A DNA stretch of 32,000 nt from Candidatus Heimdallarchaeota archaeon B3_Heim. Lineage in GTDB: Archaea; Asgardarchaeota; Heimdallarchaeia; Hodarchaeales; Hodarchaeaceae. Shown here one piece after another: positions 26,816 through 32,000 of the stretch (position 1 is the stretch's first letter; every line of letters begins with the position of its first letter). Made by a program: the position numbers and the translations under genes. The notes beneath the pieces were generated by a model, which was given only the letters and a program-made list of their open reading frames with translations, had not been told where the DNA came from and searched no databases. Where the stretch lies: assembly GCA_003144275.1 (NCBI GenBank), contig NJBF01000029.1, forward strand, positions 1 to 32,000, read 5' to 3'.

Positions 26816-28712
26816 GATTAATACCTGCAATTAATTTTCTAATTTCCTTTTCAATCTCATCTACATGAAAAGGTTTACCTTGCACTTTAGTCATACTTTT
26901 TGCTCTGACGGAGTACCGAGCTTGTATAATTAAGTGGAGTTGTCCCTTATTCATTTCAGGTAGGAGAATACGTGTGAAAGAACCTAATATATCTCCTAGA
27001 TTGGATGGGAGTGGGTTTATAAAACGTAAATTCGTATTAGCTACAGACAATCCTTCTTTTCTTAAATTTTCGCTTGCTGTATGGGCAGCACCATGAGTAG
27101 ATCCCCAAGATAACACCAATACATCTCCTTCTGTCGGTCCGTTAATTTCTTGAAGCGGAAGATCTTTAACGATTCCTGCTATTTTTTGTTCTCTCAGATT
27201 TACCATTTCTTCGTGATTGAGGGGGTCATAACTCACATCACCAGTTATTTTCTCTTTTTCTAATCCACCAATACGGTGTTCTAAGCCTTTTGTGCCGGGT
27301 AGCACATATGGTCTTGAAAGATGCTCGTTTCTAGTATAGGGAGTGAATCGGTCATTACCGCTCTCAACTGATTTTTTAGGATGAAAAACCTCAATGGGTG
27401 ATTTATTGTCCAAATTAGGAATTTTCCAGGGATCTATATTGTTTGCTAGATAAGCATCAGAGAGAAGGACTACAGGCGTCATATATTTTATAGCCATTCT
27501 AACTGCTTCAATGCTAAGATCAAAACAGTCTCCTGGAGATTGAGGGGCTAATACTGGCAAAGGCGATTCTCCATTCCTACCGAAAAGGACTTGTAGAAGG
27601 TCGCTTTGTTCTGGTTTTGTCGGCATACCTGTGCTAGGCCCTGCTCGCTGCACATTTATTAATACGATAGGTAATTCTGTTATAACTGCTAGTCCGAGAG
27701 CTTCACTCATTAATGCTAATCCAGGCCCTGATGTACCTGTTACACCTATACTTCCCCCAAACGCAGCACCAATAATTGACCCAATTGCGGCAATTTCATC
27801 TTCGGCTTGAAAAGTTTTGATACCATATCCTCTTAATCGAACTAATTCATGTAAAATATCACTTGCAGGTGTAATAGGATATGCTCCGAAAAATAATTCT
27901 TTCTTGGCTAGATGAGCGGCAGTAGCTAGCCCTAGAGCTAAGGCTTGTGTTCCTGATATATATCTATACAGACCTGGCTCCATTGTTGCCTTGGGTACAG
28001 AATACTGAATCGCTAAGAATTCATTGGTTTCTCCAAAATAGTATCCCGCTTTAAGAGTATTAGTGTTGGCTTCTACAATGTTAGGACGATTTTTAAATTT
28101 AGATTTAATCCATTTAATTGTTGTATGAAGCGGTCTATCATATAGCCAAGAGATCAAACCTAATGCGAAGAAGTTTCGTGTCAAGTTAATCTGTTTTCCA
28201 GTCATTCCTTTTATTTTACTGACTGTTTCTTTGTTTAATTTTGTTATGTTAACTGAAAATAGACGATAATTATGTAATGAATTATCTTCCAATGGATTTG
28301 AAGCATACCCAGCCTTGGCTAATGTTCTTGGGGTAAATGAGTCCTTATCACAAATTAAGATTCCATTTGGTTTTAAATCTACAATATTGACCTTCAAAGC
28401 AGCTGGATTCATTGCTACCAAGGTATCGAGACGATCACCTGGAGTATAAATTTCCGTTGAAGAAAAATGTATTTGGAACCCTGACACACCTGCTAGAGTC
28501 CCTTGAGGGGCTCGAATCTCTGCTGGATAATCAGGAAAGGTAGATACATCATTCCCCAGCATAACAGATGCGGAAGTAAATTTTAAACCAGCTAATTGCA
28601 TTCCGTCACCGCTATCCCCAGCAAGACGAATAACAACTCGTTCTACTGTTTGTTTGGACTTGCGGGGGCGATTTTTGTCTTCTTTCTTCAGTTTTTGAAC
28701 TTCTTCCATCAA
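26808..28712 (-). CDS. korA: 2-oxoacid:ferredoxin oxidoreductase alpha subunit (gamma-alpha fusion)
   Basis: GDSGDGMQLAG, PAEIRAP, YPITPAS, QAEDEIAA, TSGPG, QRAGPSTGMPTK.EQSD, HRIGGLE, WGST. Confidence 0.95.
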   Translation of the reverse strand: MMEEVQKLKKEDKNRPRKSKQTVERVVIRLAGDSGDGMQLAGLKFTSASVMLGNDVSTFPDYPAEIRAPQGTLAGVSGFQIHFSSTEIYTPGDRLDTLVAMNPAALKVNIVDLKPNGILICDKDSFTPRTLAKAGYASNPLEDNSLHNYRLFSVNITKLNKETVSKIKGMTGKQINLTRNFFALGLISWLYDRPLHTTIKWIKSKFKNRPNIVEANTNTLKAGYYFGETNEFLAIQYSVPKATMEPGLYRYISGTQALALGLATAAHLAKKELFFGAYPITPASDILHELVRLRGYGIKTFQAEDEIAAIGSIIGAAFGGSIGVTGTSGPGLALMSEALGLAVITELPIVLINVQRAGPSTGMPTKPEQSDLLQVLFGRNGESPLPVLAPQSPGDCFDLSIEAVRMAIKYMTPVVLLSDAYLANNIDPWKIPNLDNKSPIEVFHPKKSVESGNDRFTPYTRNEHLSRPYVLPGTKGLEHRIGGLEKEKITGDVSYDPLNHEEMVNLREQKIAGIVKDLPLQEINGPTEGDVLVLSWGSTHGAAHTASENLRKEGLSVANTNLRFINPLPSNLGDILGSFTRILLPEMNKGQLHLIIQARYSVRAKSMTKVQGKPFHVDEIEKEIRKLIAGINHD

Positions 28713-28759
28713 TTTACCTCATTGAATATCTACATAGCATGAATCAGCATAGAAAGCAG

Positions 28760-29239
28760 TTATGCTCCTTCTCTCCGATCCTGTGTAGGTTGAGCTGGTT
28801 TTAGAGTATGAACACTCTCAGCAAAGTACTCTACTAAATAATGAATAAAATCACGAGCAGAAACAATCCCGATAAGATTACCTTCATCTAGAATTGGCAA
28901 ATGCATAAACGTATTTTTGTGTAGGGTTAATGCAATTTGTGCAATAGACTCTTGACACTCAATAGTATGGTAGTCAGTATTCATAATAGATACTGCTAGG
29001 GCTTTCTCATCCAGAGTTCCAGAACCAATATACCGAAGAATGTCACGCTCTGTAATAATACCCAGTAATTTCTTTTCCTCATCTAGTATACAGACATAAC
29101 TAGACCATTGAGATCTTAAAGCATCGATAGCTTCCCTTATTGATGCAGATTCAGGTAAAGCATTTAGTTCGGAACGGATAAGACGTTTACAATCATCTTT
29201 TCGAAAAATTGAGATAAGATAGTCTTCTTTAGGCATCAT
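28760..29239 (-). CDS. CBS-domain pair protein
   Basis: LLGIITERDIL and HLPILDEGNLIGIVSARDF. Confidence 0.85.
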   Translation of the reverse strand: MMPKEDYLISIFRKDDCKRLIRSELNALPESASIREAIDALRSQWSSYVCILDEEKKLLGIITERDILRYIGSGTLDEKALAVSIMNTDYHTIECQESIAQIALTLHKNTFMHLPILDEGNLIGIVSARDFIHYLVEYFAESVHTLKPAQPTQDRREGA

Positions 29240-29403
29240 ATTTCACTATCTATTTTGTTAGAATCGAAATAGTCACTATTCCTAGGTTGATCCCGAGTTA
29301 ATTAAACTCATTTCGTTAGGTCATACCAAAGAATGAGGAGCCGATGCTCAAATTAGTGAGTGATTTCTCCCAATCATAAATCTTTTTTTCCGAAAAGAGT
29401 GTA

Positions 29404-29640
29404 TGAATAGAAGTTTAGGTTATCACAAATGCTATCAAATGTAGTCATTTGTATTCACATGAGGTCATTAACTAGCTCGTTACCGAAGCTAGGCTCCATC
29501 AGATGGGGCATAACCCTATGCCCTCTATCCTGTCAGCATCCACCGCGTTCAGGAGTGCTTTTTTAGAATGGTATAACCACCATTCACTGGGTCACTTCCT
29601 GATGTTAGGAGTTAAAACCTTTTCAGGGAGAGCCTTCCTT
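29404..29640 (-). ncRNA. Candidate structured RNA or leader upstream of the CBS-korAB operon; family unassigned
   Basis: Several hairpins (29506-29523, 29566-29585, 29472-29492, 29618-29627, 29425-29452) and a long-range stem. GNRA loops and a U-G pair work only on the minus strand. Confidence 0.4.
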
Positions 29641-29806
29641 CTAAATTAGACAGTAATATTTCTCTTAATCCCTTCCCCTATCCCGTTGTTTTTTCTTCCA
29701 AATACTTATTTACTCTTGTTGTGCCCTCTCCCTCTCTTCCTCCTATTTGCCCCCTTTGATTGCCTCACCTGATCATACTTCTTATCATTATTACTATTTT
29801 TATTGT

Positions 29807-30472
29807 CTATACTACTGTCGGATATTCTGTGGGTCTTTGCAATTTTACCACAGGAATGGTAAGGATATGATATAAAAAGCATCCAAGGTAGAAAACGGAG
29901 TAGAATGTAATAACTGTAGCAATTGCAGTAAATAATAAAGAAAACTGATAAGTTGGGTAAGGGAGATTTATTATATCATGAAGAACAAGCCACATCCTAA
30001 AACCATCCGTAACGATACCTTCTGTAGGATAGGTAGGGAAAAGATTCGGAAGATCGAATAATAATCCAAAGAGAAAATATTTTTGAACATAAAGAGTCGT
30101 AGTTTTACTTATTCTCCTTATAATTAAGGTACTTACGATTATAGTCAGTATCACAGCAAAAACCCCTGATACTAACAAAAGTATTGATCCCCAACTATTT
30201 TCAATCCCCCCAATTGTCACACATCCACATGTCAAACCTTCCTTAAAGGTATGAAAGTGTATTTGGGGATTCTGCTCGGGAAAGAGAAGGACAGCGATTA
30301 TATAGTGGCCTAACTCGTGGATCAATGTGAAGGGGAAAAAAAGGATATTGAAAGCTATAGAAAATAAGGATGAGCTCAATTGAAGAAGTGGTAAGGTGAC
30401 TGCAAAAAGGAAAGAAAATAGAAAACTGACGTTTTGATTGTTAATAAAAGAAGGATTTTCCCTGTTAAACAC
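29807..30472 (-). CDS. M50-like membrane metalloprotease
   Basis: TLIHELGH (HExxH) within a hydrophobic segment, and a later NLFP...TDG. Confidence 0.7.
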   Translation of the reverse strand: MFNRENPSFINNQNVSFLFSFLFAVTLPLLQLSSSLFSIAFNILFFPFTLIHELGHYIIAVLLFPEQNPQIHFHTFKEGLTCGCVTIGGIENSWGSILLLVSGVFAVILTIIVSTLIIRRISKTTTLYVQKYFLFGLLFDLPNLFPTYPTEGIVTDGFRMWLVLHDIINLPYPTYQFSLLFTAIATVITFYSVFYLGCFLYHILTIPVVKLQRPTEYPTVV

Positions 30473-30643
30473 AATTAATCATTTAATAATTGGAAAAGGG
30501 TGCTATAAAAAGGCTACGGGTTTTTTACAATTATTTAACACTTTTTACATATAATTCAGTGTAAAGTTTCAAATTGAAGGTGATTACATCAATATTTCAT
30601 TAAGATGAAAAAGAGAGGAGAGGAAAGAAAATTATGATTAGTA

Positions 30644-31378
30644 TCATTTTTCCTTAAGTGGAATCTTTTCTTTCCCTGTGACCATTCCCCGTAGTCGTTC
30701 ACGATTTTGTGGAATGATCGCGAAGTAGAAGTGAACCATGGTGGTCATAAGGAAGTATAAAAACACAAAAAAATGGACTAAACGAATATCAATGGCAAAC
30801 CAATCTAAGGGTAGTAAGATTAGATTAAAAATATCAACAATTATACTCGGGACATATCCAGGATTTATCTGCTCTGAAAGAACCACTCCTGTAACACCCA
30901 TTGCCAATATCGCAAAGAGGTTGGTCAAGGAAAGAACTTTTTGAGCAGGATGGTATTTCATAACATACTTCTTCTCATCAACATTATAATAGTCATAATG
31001 AGGATATTTTGAGTCAGGAAGAATCCTTATTGCACAGAGAAAAATGATGAACATATCGAGAAAGTCTCTTGGGGTAGGAATAATTTCACCATACTTCTTG
31101 AATTTGATAACGATTGCAGGGAATATTATTAGATCCCAAAATCCTATAAATGCACTAAAGATAAGATGTAGTGTTCTAGTAGTGTGGTAATCACCCACAA
31201 AATACATCTTAATGAATAACTCGAAACCTGTAAAAAGGAAGAAGACCATAAGGATTACATGAATCCAATGATGAATTCGCTGGGAACGTTTATACCTTTC
31301 AACAACTAAAAGATTTTCTGGAATCTTTGTTTTCTTTTCTGTTTTTAATGTTTCTGTCTCATACATACGCAGTATCAC
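30644..31378 (-). CDS. Di-heme cytochrome b (FdnI/HyaC-like, formate dehydrogenase or hydrogenase b-type subunit family)
   Basis: ERY...RIHHWIH...LFTG, KYHPAQK, RLVHFF...MVHFYFAI...LRGMVTG; four TM helices with conserved His. Confidence 0.85.
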   Translation of the reverse strand: MILRMYETETLKTEKKTKIPENLLVVERYKRSQRIHHWIHVILMVFFLFTGFELFIKMYFVGDYHTTRTLHLIFSAFIGFWDLIIFPAIVIKFKKYGEIIPTPRDFLDMFIIFLCAIRILPDSKYPHYDYYNVDEKKYVMKYHPAQKVLSLTNLFAILAMGVTGVVLSEQINPGYVPSIIVDIFNLILLPLDWFAIDIRLVHFFVFLYFLMTTMVHFYFAIIPQNRERLRGMVTGKEKIPLKEK

Positions 31379-31434
31379 CTAAGAGTAGATAATCTTGTGA
31401 TTTAACATAAGAGAATTTTATCTTTTGCTTGCTA

Positions 31435-32000
31435 TTAATCTTCCGAAGTAAAAGTTTCTCGCCAACGTTCCATGAAGGTTGGTGGTTTATAAGAATTGCC
31501 AACTACTCTTTCATAACCATGTTGGATGGGACTTGTGAAAACACGACGGATAGCATGGAATATGATAAAAACAAATACACCTGCAGGAGTTACTCCTAAT
31601 AAGAGGAATTTTATTTGGCCAAGATTAGCACCGACAGGAATATCGACAATGGGATCTAAAGGAACCTCTCCTATAATTGAGTCAGTTATGAGTAGATAAT
31701 AATCAGTATGAGCTCCAAAGTGACTAGCCTTAGAAGCAAATTGTAACATGTTAAGGCTTCCATTGGAATAGGTGATATCAAATCCATCGGCATCTTCAGT
31801 ATCGAATGGACGAACTAATTCCACATAAGCTAAATTATCAACAAAAACACTCTCTATAGCAAGATTTTTTTGAGTATCATCTTCAGGTTTACGGATCCCA
31901 ATGAATTTTACATCCTTAGCTTCGACGGAATCAGGTGATTCACTAGTATAAAAACTCCATCCATCATTTAAGTTCGTCATACACGCTTCAGGGTCTGGCT
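31435..32000 (-). CDS. DOMON/ethylbenzene-dehydrogenase-gamma-like protein with C-terminal TM; 5' end outside window
   Basis: Frame stays open to the window edge (PDPEACMTNL...). YVELVRPFDTED.D.FDI resembles the DOMON E..R.L.T.D..D motif. Lies upstream of the cytochrome b gene. Confidence 0.55.
   Translation of the reverse strand, partial: PDPEACMTNLNDGWSFYTSESPDSVEAKDVKFIGIRKPEDDTQKNLAIESVFVDNLAYVELVRPFDTEDADGFDITYSNGSLNMLQFASKASHFGAHTDYYLLITDSIIGEVPLDPIVDIPVGANLGQIKFLLLGVTPAGVFVFIIFHAIRRVFTSPIQHGYERVVGNSYKPPTFMERWRETFTSED

Noticed and set aside
29461-29640. Assignment as RNase P, SRP, fluoride (crcB), ZTP (pfl) or twister RNA
   Set aside because: Only fragments resemble these families (GGAAGGCUC; GAUGGAG...UAAUGAC; GUGAC...GGUGG). 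The required complementary partners and conserved cores are missing.
29706-29768. 20-aa basic ORF (GTG start; RQSKGANRRKRGRGHNKSK) on the minus strand
   Set aside because: Explained by a purine-rich tract; no convincing RBS and no recognisable family.
1-32000. CRISPR arrays, tRNA/rRNA genes, transposases, integrases
   Set aside because: No repeat-spacer periodicity, cloverleaf, rRNA-like segment or recombinase motif was seen by eye; tRNAscan and ISEScan would be needed to exclude small remnants.

Overview
After about position 690 the window is AT-rich and gene-dense, and mostly minus-strand. It is probably archaeal; an Asgard (Heimdall/Hodarchaeales-like) origin is inferred from the CPSKY-type CcmE, the GGAG/GTGA ribosome-binding sites and the C-terminal TM+KR anchors. 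The first ~690 bp are GC-rich and bacterial-looking (S9 peptidase C-terminus plus the start of a secreted protein) and meet the rest at an abrupt junction that breaks genes on both sides, most likely a chimeric join. Contents in order: a MoxR/DUF4129 cluster; a ubiquitination-like operon (33-aa peptide, JAB/MPN+ protease with a UBC-like tail, E1/ThiF enzyme, two E2-like paralogues) with no beta-grasp Ubl in view; ccmE and ccmF, an (alpha/alpha)6-barrel surface protein and a multiheme cytochrome c with several atypical heme motifs; two CCGHVD/Ig-like surface paralogues; an MFS gene with an in-frame TAA; an NADP-dependent reductase; 2-oxoacid dehydrogenase E1 alpha/beta; an OPT-like transporter; msrA, a methyltransferase, a SnoaL-like protein and msrB; CBS-korA-korB-ZnR/CBS; a candidate structured RNA at ~29.4-29.64 kb; an M50-like protease; a cytochrome b; and a partial DOMON-like protein. 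The best candidate for an undescribed system is the peptide-JAB-E1-E2-E2 operon (3197-6443). All family assignments come from motif recognition by eye; no searches were run.
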